A stretch of DNA of 64,000 nt from Octopus bimaculoides. Its lineage: Eukaryota. The stretch spans positions 45,209,915-45,273,914 of the forward strand of contig NC_068990.1 in assembly GCF_001194135.2 (NCBI RefSeq), written 5' to 3'. Shown in pieces: positions 1 to 14,249 of this stretch (the first letter of the stretch is position 1; each line of letters starts with the position of its first letter). The notes under the pieces were generated by a model that worked only from the letters and a program-made list of their open reading frames with translations, ran no database searches and was not told the origin of the DNA. The position numbers were made by a program, and so were the translations under genes.

Positions 1-294
1 AATGCATCACCTAGTCTTAGAATTGAAACCATGATCTTGTAATCATTAGTGCAACACACTAACCACTACACCATGTGCCATTACTAAGTAGAGACCAATG
101 AAATAAGTACCCAGATTAGTACTTGTAGTGGCGAGGATGTAATGTTATTGACTAATATCCTTTAAGGGGACACTAACATAGTTTGGTCACAGTCCAATAA
201 GTAAAGACCAATTAAAAAAAAGTTTTTAAAAGCAAAAATTAATATTTAAATAAATAAAATCTAAAATACATCTATTTTTTTCTCTTCTCAACAG

Positions 295-421
295 AAACCA
301 CCCCATCGATGAGCAAGTGCTTCGAGCAGCTGTCTATTATTTGGGTATGGCTCTCTGGGGGTCAAAGAAAGTGACAAGTCTCAGTCAGCCACCATCATCT
401 GTGTTACCTTCTTTTAGACAG
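295..421 (+). CDS. TSC2: Tuberin coding exon w1 (first exon in window; gene starts upstream)
   Basis: Pyrimidine tract + ACAG acceptor; 1 nt then NHPIDEQVLRAAVYYLGMALWGSKKVTSLSQPPSSVLPSFRQ, resembling TSC2 LRGAVFFVGMALWG...TSVLPSF; donor CAG|GTACTG; 127 nt. Confidence 0.95.
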
Positions 422-1950
422 GTACTGCTATTACTACTTTTAGTAATTTCTTTTTCTTGTGTTCCTTAAGTGTGTGTGTGTGCATATATATATGCATGCA
501 CAAAGATGTGTAGATGTACATAGATATGCTCATTTTTGCATGCATATGTGAATACAAGGTCATCAATGTGCACTTGTACGTCCATGTGTATTTGTATGTT
601 TGTAAGCATGAAAGTGTATATATGTGTTTCTTAATAGTACACTTTGATTGTTGGAATACTGTATTTTCCAGCATACAATTTGATGTAATATATAGTGTAA
701 ACATTCAAACATTGTCACTATTTTTACAAATCCTGCTGCATTTTACATGGAATTTTGATCCTCCAAAGACATCTTGGTGTATTCATTAACTTACCTTTTT
801 TGGCTGTAAATTTTGGTTTGAAAAATTCAACTTGTATACTGAATACTATAGGTATTATTTGTTTAAATCACAATACCTACAGTAATTATGAATAGAATGG
901 AAAACTTGAACTATATAGAGGCAGCATGGCTCCTGGTAAAGAATTTCATTTCAGAATCACATTAATTTATGTTTAATACCCCTGTGTAGTATCTTGTCAA
1001 GAAGAAAGTGTATTCTACTAAAACCTACTTGCTGACTAAAGTCTTGTGAGTGGAATTGCTAGATGAAAACTGTATCGAAGCCTGCTGTTTATATTCATTT
1101 GTCATTCTACATCTCTTTACCATACCAGCATGGGTTAGACAAATATATTATCAAGGCATTGGTTTACAGCCAGATCCCCCTCTTTGATCCAGTAAGGGAT
1201 CTTTCACACCTCTTTGAAGGCACAAAGCCAGTGTGGATGATCTATTGTCAGAAAAAGGGGAAATCTCCTCACTTGTAACTTGTGATTTTCAGAGAAGCAC
1301 ATATGTATACAAACAATGTGAATGTGCATGTGCACACATAATGAGCTTCTTTTAGTTCTGCTCTACCACATCTCTCACAAGACTTTGATTGACTTGGAGC
1401 TATAACTAGAAAACACTTGCTTGATGTGTTACATGGTGAGACTGAATCTGAAACCATGTGGTTGGGAAGCACACTTCTTATCCTCACAGTCATACCTGTG
1501 CTGTTTTGACCGTACAAGTATGTCTAGTTAAGAAGGTATATACGAGTGTGTATGTATCCACACATTTCATGGCTTCACTTGTCACTATCTGAGCCAAATG
1601 GTGATATTTTGTTTATGTTCCTTGTTGATATCACTACTGGTTGTTCTGTACTTTCAAAGACCAGTGGAATAATAAAAAAAAAAATCCCTTATTTAAAAAA
1701 AAAAAGTAAGTGTTGGTGACTGGAAAGGCATCCAATCATAGATACTACCTCAAATACATCCCTGTACAACCCATACTAGCTGTGGAAAAAAAAAAAAACA
1801 TATGATATAGTGTAGAGAAATATATTAATATCATGCAGTGACTACATACCTCTGGTGTGTGTGTATGTGTGTGTTTGGAATAAATTCTAAGTTTAGCTAA
1901 CTTAGCCAATGTAATTACTATTTCTATTGTTTTGTCTTCTTTTCTTGCAG

Positions 1951-2094
1951 GTACTAGATTGTGGAAGTCAACTAGTAGCATTTGAAGTCACTCTTAGTCT
2001 TGGTCATTTGGTGAAGAGATATGGTCAAATATTGACCTATGCTGGATGGGATATAGTTTTGGATATTTTAAGTACATTGTTGAAAAACCCTGAA
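1951..2094 (+). CDS. TSC2: Tuberin exon w2
   Basis: TTGCAG acceptor; VLDCGSQLVAFEVTLSLGHLVKRYGQILTYAGWDIVLDILSTLLKNPE; donor GTAAGT; phase 0/0, 144 nt. Confidence 0.95.
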
Positions 2095-2254
2095 GTAAGT
2101 ATTTAACTCTGATTTATTGTTCGCATTTGAAGTAGCTTCCATTCTTGTTAAATGTATAAGCCTACCATGTTTCTCTTGTGTCAAATATATTGAGATGCTT
2201 TTCTGTTTTATTGTATAGATGTAGACATGGCTATAGGTGCAAACATGGCTACTA

Positions 2255-2410
2255 TAAGCACAAGCATGGCTGTATGATTAAGAAGTTGGCTTCTGAACCA
2301 TGTGGTTTTGGGTTCAGTCCCACTGCATGGCACTTTGGGCTAGCCTCTTATACTAAGGCCCTGGGCTGACAAAAGCCTTATGAGTAGATTTGGTAGACAG
2401 GAAGGGTATT
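2255..2410 (+). mobile_element. tRNA-type SINE family A (representative; others near 920, 9200, 13040, 16735, 17556, 19020, 22300, 22525, 23065, 23700 on +; 1380, 10990, 32995, 44880 on -)
   Basis: Dispersed repeat with A-box-like TGGCTGTGTGGT, B-box-like GGTTCAGTCCC, then GGGCAAGTGTCTTCTACTATAGCC...; coordinates approximate. Confidence 0.8.
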
Positions 2411-3316
2411 TGGTCATAAAACTACTTCCTCAATAAACTCTCTCCAATCCATGCAAGCACAGAAAAGTGGACATTAAATGATGATATATATACACACATC
2501 ACATATATGTGTGTGTGTGTGTGTGTGAATGCACATGGCTCAGTGGTTAGTGTTAGACTCACAGTCATGAGGTAGTAAGTTTGATTTCCAGACTGAGCTC
2601 CGTGTTGTGTTCTTGAGCAAAACACTTTATTTTCACATTGCTCCAGTTCACTCAGCTATAAAAATGAGTTGCAATGTCATTGGTGCCAAGTTGAATCAGC
2701 CTTTGCCTTTCTTTTGGATAATATCGATGGCATAGAGAGAGGAGGCTGGTATGCATGGGTGACTGCTGGTCTTCCATAAACAAACTAGCCCAGACTTGTG
2801 TCTCAGAGGGCAACTCTCTAGGTGCATTCCATGGTCATTCATGACGGAAGGGAGTCTTTACCCTTTTTTTGTTTGTGTGTGTATGAGTGTGTGTTATTTA
2901 TAAATTACCTATATGTGAGACTTTGATTCTCTCATATCTATCTGGCATAGGTTGCATGGTTTGATAGGATACAATGAGCTGCATTGTCCTCCAGTGTCTG
3001 CTTTGGCATTGTTTCTACAGCTTTTTCTTTTCCTCTCCTTCCTGTTCTTTTCTTTTCTTTTCTTGCCTTGCAAGTTACTTGACAACCTCACTGATGCCAG
3101 CAATGCGAAAGAAGCATCCACCACACACAGTAAAGTGGCTGGCATTAAGAAGAGCATTCAGCCTTAGAAGCTATGCCAAAGCTGACAATGGAGCTCAATG
3201 CAGCTCTACAGCACATCAGATCTTGTCCAGCCATCCAACCCTTGCTGGCATAGAAATTGGACATAGAAAGCTGATGATGATGTTGGCAAATTGCATTAAT
3301 TTTATTTCTTTTTCAG

Positions 3317-3460
3317 TGGTCTCCGCCAAGCCAAGTGTCAATGGAAGAAAGCTTACACAGTATTTTGACAGATATCGAAACTCTTCAACTACATCGACTT
3401 TACAGTGGCTCTACGACTAAGTTATTTTGTATTATAGAATCTTGTGCAACAAAAAGACCT
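3317..3460 (+). CDS. TSC2: Tuberin exon w3
   Basis: TTTCAG acceptor; WSPPSQVSMEESLHSILTDIETLQLHRLYSGSTTKLFCIIESCATKRP; donor GTAAGT; 144 nt. Confidence 0.92.
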
Positions 3461-3697
3461 GTAAGTTGCTTCTTTGAAAATAAATCAGTAATTTCTTTTA
3501 CAATGTTGTTATTGCTGACAATTTGTTATAGAATCAAAGCATTGCTGTGTGGTAAAAAAAAATACTTTACAATCACATGGTTTCGGGTTCAATCTCGCTG
3601 CATAGCACCTTGGGAATGAATCTTACTACTGCCTTGAATCAAAACCACAAGCTTATAAGTTAAATTTTCAGAGTACACTATGCAGCAGCTCATTGTC

Positions 3698-3728
<31 letters not shown>

Positions 3729-4031
3729 CTATATTGAAGTAGGGTAACAGAATCAGCTTGTGAAACTTTGGTTATGTTCTGGTTAAAGTAAGTTCCAGTC
3801 AAATCTTTGAAGGCAGTGTTCCAGCACGACTGTAGTCAAATGTCTGAAGTCAGTAAAAGTTCTAAAAGAATTAAGATTTATTTTTTAAAATAAATGTTGT
3901 TTTTAGTAATGTTCTTAATTCTTGTACATTGTTGTAGAATCTTATAGAATTGTTATAAAAGTTGTTTTTTTACAGTTCCCAAAAAATCTTTATTCTTTCA
4001 AATCTAATCATTGGTATCCATTTTCTTGCAG

Positions 4032-4135
4032 GCAGCATCTGTAATATCTTTGATAGATCATACAGCTGAAAGTTTACATCCTGGAGAAGAGAATTGGATA
4101 GAAAACCTTCAGCAACTTTTAGAGAAATATTTTAG
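4032..4135 (+). CDS. TSC2: Tuberin exon w4
   Basis: TTGCAG acceptor; AASVISLIDHTAESLHPGEENWIENLQQLLEKYF(R); donor AG|GTATTT; 104 nt, phase 0/2. Confidence 0.95.
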
Positions 4136-5086
4136 GTATTTTTTTTTTAAGCCATGTATTTCTACAGCGAGACACCTGTTCCTACCCTTCTATCATACTC
4201 TTATCTCTCAACACCTGGCCCAAAGCCACCTCCCTCAATACTGCACTTCCTCACCTCAATCAAGGGCCTTGTCTTGCAAGTTACTTGGTGATCTCACTAG
4301 TGCTAGTGATATGAAAAAAGCACTCAGTACACACTGTGAAGTGATTGTTGTTGGGAATGGTATCAGGCCATAAAACCCATGTCAAAACAGACATTGAAGC
4401 TCAGTGAGTCTTCTAGCCTGTTGGATCCTGTCAAACCATCCAACCTATGCCGGTATGGAATACAGATGTTTGATGATGATGATGACAATGATTATACCAG
4501 TTTTTGTAAATTTAGAGTAAGTTAAGAACTTGGGTTAATTTAAACTAGCAACACCACCAAGCTTCCTTGGTGAGTAGGTTGCAAGATTTGTCAAAAGGCA
4601 GATGAACTCAGAAAAGCATGATAGGCAGACTTTAAATGATGATGATGAGGAGGAGGATGATGATGGTAGTGGTGGTGGTGGTGGTATTAGTGGTGGTGTG
4701 TGTGTGCATGAGGACTTAAAAATTTCTAGTTTGTCTACCAAGGTGGTAGCAAAAGCTACTAACCCAAGAAATGGGGAACCCTAATAGAAAATCCTGTGGT
4801 ATGTTGGTTATTGAGTTTATGACAAATGTCTGCAACAATTTTCTATTATCAGCATTTGGCTTCCCTCTTGGCTTGCAGAGACATGACAGGTATTGCAGAC
4901 TCATCAGACCCATCAAGCTATCCCAACATGAAAAAACACGGGGTCTTTACTTACTTTCATCATTGTCATCATCACCATCACCACCGTCATCATCATCATT
5001 TAACATATGCCTTCCATGCTAGCATGCGTGGGACTATACTTTACTATAAAAGAAATAAGTAAAATTAAACTAAACAAGTGCAACTC

Positions 5087-5134
<48 letters not shown>

Positions 5135-6136
5135 GAAGGGCATCCAGCTGTAGAAACTCTGCAAAATCAGATTGGAGCCTGGTATAGCCATCCGGTTCAC
5201 CAGTCCTCAATCAAATCGTCCAACCCATGCTAGCATGGAAAGCGGACGTTAAACAATGATGATGATGATATATATAAGACTTTGCCTATCAGCTTCAACA
5301 TATGACAGCTGAACAACCAGCTGTTAGACTACTCACACAGTAGGACCAGCCATATATTTTGGAAATGCTGATAATAGAAAGCTGTTGCAAACATTTGCCA
5401 CAAACTCAATGAAGGACCTTCTTCATGGTCACTCGACCTCCTATAAATAGCAGCCAAATTACTCTCAGATGACACTTTACTGTCTAAAGACGAACATATT
5501 GGATAATGTAGTCCTGGATACATTGTATCTGAAAATAAAATGGAGTGGTCAAAGCTGGAAAGGTCAAATCTGTGGTCTTAGATTAGCTAGATCAGGATAG
5601 ACCTGATGGCTAAACATCAACAACCTCATATCGCCATTTGTTTGAATTGCACATCTTTTCATTTGTAAATCATAGCATTCTTCGATCTGCCCTGATCATT
5701 TCTTAAGTCCTCCTCGAGTGATTTACCACTCCAACAGATTACCTTTCTACAGACACTCCTGATGCTTTTTCCACTTAGTATTCGCATTACATGTCCACCA
5801 CCCCACGAACCATGAGGGAGCATCTATAAGTTATTTTGATTTCTATAGAAAAGGCAGCTGAATCTCCTCCAAACCACATCATGCCATTAGATAATGTTGT
5901 CCTGGATACCACTAAATAGATGGGGATAGTCGCAGCTGGGATGCCTTTAATCTAAAGAGCAGCTTGAACAGGAGTTACCCTGGGGCTAAACATTCCCAAA
6001 CCAGTGCAGTTATCTTTATTCCACTCATTGGTTAATACCTTTAATGTTTAGCCTGTTTTTCAGACTTATGTTTAACTTTGCACATAAATTATTAGTTTTA
6101 ATAAGGTAATTTTAATTTTTGAAACTTATATTTCAG

Positions 6137-6218
6137 CCATGAAATCCGTACAGAAATCAGAATAAAGGCACTTGAAGTCCTCTCCAATGTGTTATCAGTC
6201 AATCGTCAAATGTATGAA
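6137..6218 (+). CDS. TSC2: Tuberin exon w5
   Basis: TTTCAG acceptor; HEIRTEIRIKALEVLSNVLSVNRQMYE; donor GTAGGT; 82 nt, phase 2/0. Confidence 0.95.
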
Positions 6219-7043
6219 GTAGGTGTTAGTTTCTCTCTCTCTTTCCTTCCTCTTCTCTCAAGAACTTTTAATTCAATTGTTAAACAGTTTTAAGATTGAA
6301 AAACAAAATCTGTTTGATTTTCTATTACTGCTGTGAACTGAAGAAGAAATTTCTATATGGTTGCTTGGCCCACTAAAAATAGCAGTGAAATCTGCCTCAG
6401 ATCACATTTTTTATCTTTAAAAAAAATGAACACAAAAAGTAATTTAGTTTTAACAACTGTGTTTGACTGCTATGTAGGATGGTCATGATTAATCATAGAT
6501 TTACTTGATCAGCTAAACAACTATAACTAAATAATAAAGCTATCAATGTAGGCAAAAAGATTTATATATAATGTTGGACACTATGCTCATCATTTATACT
6601 TTTCTCTAAGAGTGTTAGAAATACAATTCTTTCTCCTATAGGCACAAGGCCTGAACTTTTGTGGGGAATGGAGCTAGTTGATGACATAGACCCTAGTACT
6701 CAACTGGTACTTATTTTATCAATCTCAAAAGAATGAAAGGTTAAGTTGACCTCGACAAAATTTTAACTCTGAACATAAAACTGGAAGAAATGCCACTAAC
6801 CATTTGTGTCTGGTGTGCTAACAATTCTGTCAACTTAGTGCCTTAAGAGAAATAATGGAATGGTTAGTCAAGATAAAAAAGGAAAAAAACACAAAAAAAA
6901 CTGACCATAGACTTATGGACCATAGGCTTATGATCGGAGTTTTGTCAGAAATTTAACTCTAGCGCTCTCTGAATTTTCTGTTGATAAATTCAAAGTGTTC
7001 TTTGATAATTTAGTTATTCTCTTATTATTTCTCTTTGATTTAG

Positions 7044-7190
7044 GATAAACTTGTGGAAATTGTGAGCACATTTCTTCATCGTTTGGAAACTGACCCAGAT
7101 TCTGCTGTGCGTAAAGCTGGCGCTGAACTCTTGTTAAGTATTGTTCCTTACAGCCGGCATCATAAATACTTACTGGAAATAATTTATAGG
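7044..7190 (+). CDS. TSC2: Tuberin exon w6
   Basis: TTTAG acceptor; DKLVEIVSTFLHRLETDPDSAVRKAGAELLLSIVPYSRHHKYLLEIIYR; donor GTAAGT; 147 nt. Confidence 0.93.
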
Positions 7191-8029
7191 GTAAGTTACA
7201 CTTATTTCTACTGTACAAATTCAAAAAACATAAAATGGTTAATAACAGGAAGGCATCCAGCTGTAAAAACAAGGCCTCAATTAATTCATCTAATCTATGC
7301 TTGCATTAAAAAGTGGACATAAAAATGAACAAGTGTCATCCATTCCTTGCAAACAAAGAAAAGTAGCTACAAATACACTAAAATTTTAGCCATAATGTTT
7401 CTTCTCCCTCTCCCTTTTCCTCTTTTTTCCTTTTTTCTTTCTATCTCTCCCTCTTTCTTTCTTTTCCTCTATCTTATGTGCTGTATAAAAACAACATCAC
7501 TATATTAGGTATTGTCATTGTTTACATCTGCTGGTAAAGCATGTCTAGTCATTGAGTAGTTTGTTGTTTGAAAGAGCAAGGGGATAAAGTACCTTACTTG
7601 GATACAAGTAAGGGTACCCAGCCATAGAAGAAGTGTCTCATAGCTATTGCTGATGTTGTTGTACATGCCATGCTTTTCAAATTAGTTTAACATCCCCTTG
7701 ACATATTTGGAACATTTTGAAAATAAGAAACCATTATTAGTAAATTAAATAATTGTTTCGAATTTAGGCACAAATGTAGCAGTTTTGAGGGGAAGGGATC
7801 TAGTCAATACCAGCAACCCTAGTACATGACTGGTACTTTATTTAATTTCTCTCCACTATCACCACCACCACTAAAAGAAAAAAAATGAAAGGTACAGTTG
7901 ACCTTGACCGTGGCAGGATTTGAACCTAGAAAATAAAGAATCAGAAGAAATAATACAAGACATTTTGTCTGACACTCTAAGGATTCTGCCCGTCACTACT
8001 CTCACCATTTGTCATCATCATTTGAGGAG

Positions 8030-8514
8030 ACCTGTCAAGTCAAGTGAAATCGTAGTTGTGGCTGAAGAGGACAGCTGTGTAAAGAAGGGCCAATCTCTAA
8101 CTGTGGAGGGAACCTGTGAAAGAGATAGACCTAGGAAGACATGGGACAAGGTGGTGAAGCATGATCTTTGAATGTTGGACCTCATGGAGGCAATGACAAG
8201 TGACTGAGACCTTGGTGATATGCTGTGCTTAAGAAGGCTCATCAAGCTAAGTGAAATCGTAGTCGTGGCTGATGCTGGTATCACGTAACTGGCATCTGTG
8301 CTGGTGGCACATAAAAGCACCCGTGCTGGTGGAATGTAAAACGCACCCATTATACTCTTGGAGTGGTTGGTGTTAGGAAGGGCATCCAGCAGTAGAAACC
8401 ATGCCAAACCAGACTGGAACTTGGTGCAGCTCTGTAGCTTACCAGTTCTGGTCAAACCATCTAACCTATGCCAGCATGGAAAGCAGGTAATAAAAGATGA
8501 TAATGATGACGATG
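8030..8514 (+). mobile_element. RTE-type LINE 3' fragment with (GAT)n-like tail
   Basis: Translates EEDSCVKKGQSLTVEGTCERDRPRKTWDKVVKHDL, homologous to ORF ends at 47886-48077 and 52167-52349; ends in GATGATAATGATGACGATGAT. Confidence 0.85.
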
Positions 8515-8932
8515 ATCCATGCAGGTATCAGTTGGATGGGTTGACAGGATCCAATGAGGCCAAGGACTGCATCATGTTCCAATGTCTGCTTTGGGCATGG
8601 TGTCTATAGCTGGATGCCTTTTCTAATGCCAACCACTTTACTGGAGTGTCCTATGTGCATTTTTCATGCCACCAGCACTGTCAATGTTGCCATGTAGTTC
8701 ACAAGATTACAAATCCTGAGGGAGTGGGGTCAATTTTATGCTTTGGGATGAGGGGTCAAAGTATTGGATGCGAGGAGGGTGGAGCAGAACAAGTTCTTGT
8801 AGAAAAGCTACATGATTCCCATGCATTTAAATGAGTTTTTTTCTGTTTGTAATCATGTATTTACTTAATTCTGATTGCCAAGCCAGTTAATATTGCTATT
8901 TTTTTAATTACCCTATGAATTAATTATTGCAG

Positions 8933-9058
8933 GTAATAAAGAAACCTGTGCAGTTGTGGTTACAATCAATTGAGGGACAGAACGTCAAGCACCATTTAAA
9001 TGACCCTTTGGTGGGAGACACACGAGAACTTGTGAAAGCTATGGTGGACACTTTTAAG
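8933..9058 (+). CDS. TSC2: Tuberin exon w7
   Basis: TTGCAG acceptor; VIKKPVQLWLQSIEGQNVKHHLNDPLVGDTRELVKAMVDTFK; donor AAG|GTAAGA; 126 nt. Confidence 0.92.
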
Positions 9059-9775
9059 GTAAGAACAAAATTTTTCTTAAAACCTGCACTACAGTCTGTG
9101 TGTAGGCACGTGTGTGTGTGTGCACATGAAAAATATTAAATTATTATTTTTATCATGTGTGCAACAGTATTAGCTTACTACTCATGGTCTCACATTCATA
9201 GCTGTGTTTAAGAAGCTTGCTTCCCAACCATGTGGTCTCAGTTTCAGTCCTACTGTGCAACATCTAGGGCAAGTGTCTTTTACTTTAGCTTCAAGTTGAC
9301 CAAAGTCTTATGAGTGAATTTGATAGACAGATACCAAAAGAAACCCATTGTGTGTGTGTGTGTGTGTATGTCTGCATGTTCCAATGTCTTAATATCTTGT
9401 GATGGTTGTAAATGAGCTTCACCATCATACAGGTGATGTTTGTTTCCAGTCTTCCAGGATGAAATATGTCTGGACATCAGAAATGTTACTTTGCTTGGAA
9501 ACAAGTGAGAGTTGGCAGCAGGAAGAGTATCAAGCATAGGAAATCTACCTTAACAAATTCTTTTTAACTTATGCAAACATGGAGAACTGATTGTTAAATA
9601 ATGATGATACCATACCTGAAAATGTTTGGAGAATATACCTCTTGAAAAGTAGTTCGGTTGTAAATGTTCTTCTTATAATTAAAACAAATATTTCTTAAGT
9701 ACATTTAACCGTATCCATCCTAAATTCACAATATAGAATCATTTCTTAAATTTGTTGACTTTTCTTATTTTCCAG

Positions 9776-9898
9776 GCTAAAATTCTCAGTCCACCAGGTA
9801 GCTGTTGCCTTTGTATATATAATTTATTAGTACAGTATGCATCGTTCCAGTACTCTCACCCTTTATTGGTCACAACTGGTGGTGAAATCCGATGTAGT
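9776..9898 (+). CDS. TSC2: Tuberin exon w8
   Basis: TTCCAG acceptor; AKILSPPGSCCLCIYNLLVQYASFQYSHPLLVTTGGEIRCS; donor GTAAGT; 123 nt. Confidence 0.92.
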
Positions 9899-10003
9899 GT
9901 AAGTATATGTCAAATTAATTAATCTAATGGCATCATTAATTAGTAAATAATATTTATTACCACAGTTATATAAATTCTGTGTGTATATCTGTATATATAT
10001 TTT

Positions 10004-10325
10004 CATCATCATCATCGATTAATGTCTGCTTTCCATGCTGACATGGGTTGGACGGTTTGACTGGGGTCTGGGAAGCCAGGAGGCTGCACCAGGTTCCAGT
10101 CTGATCGGGCAGTATTTCTACAGCTGGATGTCTTTCCTAACGCCAACCACTCTGAGAGTGTAGTGGATGCCTTTTTTGCGTGCTACTGGCACAGGGGCCA
10201 GAGGTGGCTGGTATTGACCGTGATCGGATGGTGCTTTTTACATGCCACCGGTATGGGAGCCAGTCAAGGTGGCACTGGCATCAGCCACGTTCGGATGGTG
10301 CTTTTTATGTGCCACCGGCATGGGG
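10004..10325 (-). mobile_element. 3' tail fragment of the RTE/(GAT)n family (representative; similar copies near 5126-5270 +, 29477-29809 -, 30208-30360 -, 44240-44652 +, 57409-57860 -)
   Basis: Shared ~200-nt terminal block (...GCATCCAGCTGTAGAAAC...CCAACCCATGCTAGCATGGAAAGCGGACGTTAAACGATGATGAT) repeated many times in the window; coordinates approximate. Confidence 0.85.
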
Positions 10326-10635
10326 ACCGTGTGTATATATAAGGTGTATATGGGTATATATTTTTTTTTTGGTTCATAAGTTAAATTATTTGAAGTAATT
10401 CCACCTTCATATTAAAGATACTTGATCTTGAAATATTTTTTCTCATCATTCCTTCAGTGTTTGCATGTACAATCACACTCATACTCTAGCTATATTCATA
10501 AGTATGCACTCATTTAAACAACACTGTTACAGGCACATAACACACATATACAATATTTATATAAAATTGCAATAATCAACATTTATCAACAAGCAAACAC
10601 TTACGAAGTATTGACTTTTATATTTATCATTACAG

Positions 10636-10748
10636 ATAATTGAATGTCTTCTGTTATTACGCTGCAACAGTAAATACCAAATAGGGCTGGCAGAAACACC
10701 AGACAGCAGAAAAGTTTCTTATAGTCCACATCTGCTTTGTAAAATAAA
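10636..10748 (+). CDS. TSC2: Tuberin exon w9
   Basis: TACAG acceptor; IIECLLLLRCNSKYQIGLAETPDSRKVSYSPHLLCKI; donor GTAAGT; 113 nt, phase 0/2. Confidence 0.92.
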
Positions 10749-12297
10749 GTAAGTTTTCTCGTAACATTTTTTTTTTATGTCCACTTTTCTATGATATAAT
10801 GAGTCAGACAGAATTTGTTGAAGCAAATTTTCTTCCCTGTTTCCAAGTAAGGTAATATTTCCATGGCTAGACATGTTTTCAGGGAAGATTGGAAACAAAG
10901 GACACCACTTGCATGACAGTGATACTCGCTTACAAATATCAAGGCAAGGAAACAGAAATACACATAGACACACACACACACACATATACCTGAAGGATTT
11001 CTTTCGGTATTTATCTATCAAATCCGCTCACAAGGCATTGGTCAGCCCAGGGCTATAATAGAAGACATTTGCCTTAGGTGCCTCACACTGGGACTAAATC
11101 CCAAAATCATATAGTTGTAAAGTGAGCTTGTTAACTACACAGTCATATCTGCGTCTATATATTTTTTAAATATACTAATTGTGTATTTAGTGATTCTTTC
11201 ATCAGTTCTTTAGCAAGTACAGTGAAGGCTTTGTCTTATTTAGGAAATCTAATAAGACTAAAATTGACATTAAAAAGATATGTCTCCTGTACTTGAGAAA
11301 TTATTAAAATGATACTAGTCATTTCACAGTTGTTGCCTCTGGAACCCACTTTGGGGTTCTGAGAGACATCCTTTATGTTCTCACCACATACCTCCCAGAA
11401 CAAGTTGCTGGCTTATTGCTGGTTGTACTGGCATTTGGTGGAGGCTGCAGTGTATTTTTCAAATGGACTCCTCCACCTAAAATCTAAATGTGTCCCTTGT
11501 TAAATTATGCAACAGAAGATGCGCTTTGGTTGTTCTGTCAAATCCTTTCCATATTGAAATTTTTGGTGGTCTTATTTATGCCTGGCAGCATGCCAGTATT
11601 CATATTTGATCCACAAAATCTGGCAGGCAGACCTAAATAAATGGTTGTTTAATATCTTTAGTCTCAGTTTGTCACACTTGGGAATCCAGTTGGAAAGTCT
11701 AATGATGGCTGCTTCGGATTGGACCCTATGGAGGAGCTGTCTGAGTATTCTACCTCCATGACCTTCCCAGGAATATTGGGTGTAGAAGATGGATGGATGA
11801 ATATTAGCTATTGAGCTAATGTTCACCTTTCCTTGCCACATATTTTTAATTTGATATTTTTTTAATACTCCTGGAACTAAGTATGTTAATATGGACTTAA
11901 TAAACAAACAGTTTTTGCAGTCATAAATATAGTGTTATTGATGCAGTTGTTTCAAATGTGTTTTAATGCAAGATTAATTGTACTTGGTAATTAAAGCCAT
12001 ATAGACAACACCAGAATTTGAAGTTAATATTTAGTATATCTTCAAGGCAGCAAACTGGCAGAATTGTTAGCATACTAGGCAAAATGCTTTGCAGCATTTC
12101 ATCTGTCTTTACATTCTGAGTTCAAATTCCACCAAGGTCAACTTTGCCTTTCATTCTTTAAGGGTTGATAAAATAGTGCCAGTTGATAAAATAATGCCCT
12201 CCCTTGGAATTGCTGGCCTTGTGCCAAAATTTTGAAATCAATATTTAATATATTTTAGTTTCTTAAAAGCAACACTATCTTTCATTTCTGTTTCCAG

Positions 12298-12430
12298 CCA
12301 ACAGTATGGGATAAATCGAAGCCCACCTGCAACACCCACCCACCAAGCTTCAGCATTATCTGTTCAGAATTCAGTATCTGTTATTGATTTTTCACAAACC
12401 CTGCTACTTTTTAGTGATTGTCTGAAGCAT
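12298..12430 (+). CDS. TSC2: Tuberin exon w10
   Basis: TTCCAG acceptor; QQYGINRSPPATPTHQASALSVQNSVSVIDFSQTLLLFSDCLKH; donor GTAAGT; 133 nt, phase 2/0. Confidence 0.92.
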
Positions 12431-14249
12431 GTAAGTAATGTTTACATTTACTTCAATTATTAATGAACCCTAAAACCAAAATCATTTACCAGTTTTTTTT
12501 TTGTTTTGTTTTTTTTTTTTCTTTAATTTATTTTAAATGAATACCATCTTTGAAATAATTGAGTGAAAAAGATATTATTATACTTACTTCATAAATAACA
12601 ACAAAAAAAATCCTTGTTCTTTTTTTTTTTCAAAAATGTTTATGATTTTATGGAGTTTTCTTAAAATTTTGGTCACCAAGTTACATATATAATCATGTGT
12701 ATTTTAGTAGTATTTTTGTTTATATCAAACATTTTAAACACTTTAACTGCAAAATTAAATTTCATGGTTATTCCACAAATTATATTAAATATCTACTAAA
12801 ATATAGAATCTATTTTCTGCAAGTTGTGTTGCCTCAATAAAATTGACATATCTCAAACATGACACTGTTTTCAGCAAAAGATAGACTAGTAAATGAAACT
12901 GCTTTCAATAGTTAAAGGTAATGAAATTGTGAGCAGATATATTCGATTTCCACATTAAAACAATTAAAACAATTTTATAACTGAGGAAATCTTTGAAGAA
13001 GTCATTTCTTTAAATTTTATTGCATGTAAAGTAGGCACAGGTATGGCCATGACATGTGTAAGTTTGCTTCTCAACCAAATGATTAAGTTCTGGTCTCACT
13101 ATCTGATAGTTTGGGCAAGTGTCTCTACTATAGCCTCAAGTTGATCTTGTGAGCAGAATTTGATGAATTGGAACGATGCAGAAGCAAGTCATGCATACAT
13201 TGTGGTCTCCTGTCAAAGACAACAAATGATGGTTCCACATTTCTTGTTGAACTGTCTGCACAGATGATTTTGTTCACAGGAGTCAAATGCTTGTGCTGTA
13301 CATTAGCTCACTTCCTCCATCAAATTGACTTTGTGTGTACACCTACATATCAGGTGTTGAAGCAATCATGGAGCAATGTGGAAGTGAAGTGATTTGCTCT
13401 AGAACACAATGTACCACCTGGTCTGGGAATCAGAAGTATGATCTTGCAATCATGAATGTTACACCTTAAGCCCCATCATATATGTACATGCATATATACA
13501 TACATGTGTTTGAGTAGTGTAGTTTTGTAAAACAGTGCATTTCTTCACATCAAAATATAATTTAACCATTTAATAAATAGGAATTTGTAAATAAGTACTG
13601 TGATCAATATGAAGGTGCAGTTGCAAATTTGCTTTAATCTATTTAATAAGCTCTAACACTGATAGAAAGATGTAAAATTCAGTGTGTGGAATAGTCAATT
13701 AAGTTGATTGGTATTTATATTACCAACACCAAGGAACCAAGAGGCAAAGTCAGCTCCAGGTTTGTTTAGAACATAGAGCTGTGGAGTATTTTGTGCATTA
13801 TTTTACCAATTTGCCATTGACTGCCCACTGGTTGAATTCATATAATATATACCATTCTAGTTTAGAGAGGTTTTGTTGCATGTATATATATATAATACTA
13901 AAACTCAAAGTTTGTTTTCCTGCCATTTGATTAAGATGATAAAGATTACAAATAAAATGGTAATTTTCCCCTTTAAGAAAAAAAAAAAAAAATGAAATTG
14001 AAAATGTCGACACTTCAAAGAGTCATCGGTGGCTACTACTGTCTGTCCTTTTCCCTTACTTTCTTTTTTTTTTTTTTCCTTAATCATTGATACAACTTTC
14101 GAGTCCTGTTGACTGAAAGAAAGAAATTTTCCCTATATTTTTATGAGATATTTTTGGATCATGGGTACTTGCTTTTTTTCTTAAAGGAGAAAATTATTTT
14201 ATTTAAAATAAAATATTAATCTTTATCAAAAGGCAGAAAAATAGACAGA

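Noticed and set aside
11572-11907. 111-aa minus-strand ORF in intron sequence of unusual composition
   Set aside because: No motif I can recognise and no convincing splice signals; it may be an old unclassified repeat and needs a profile search.
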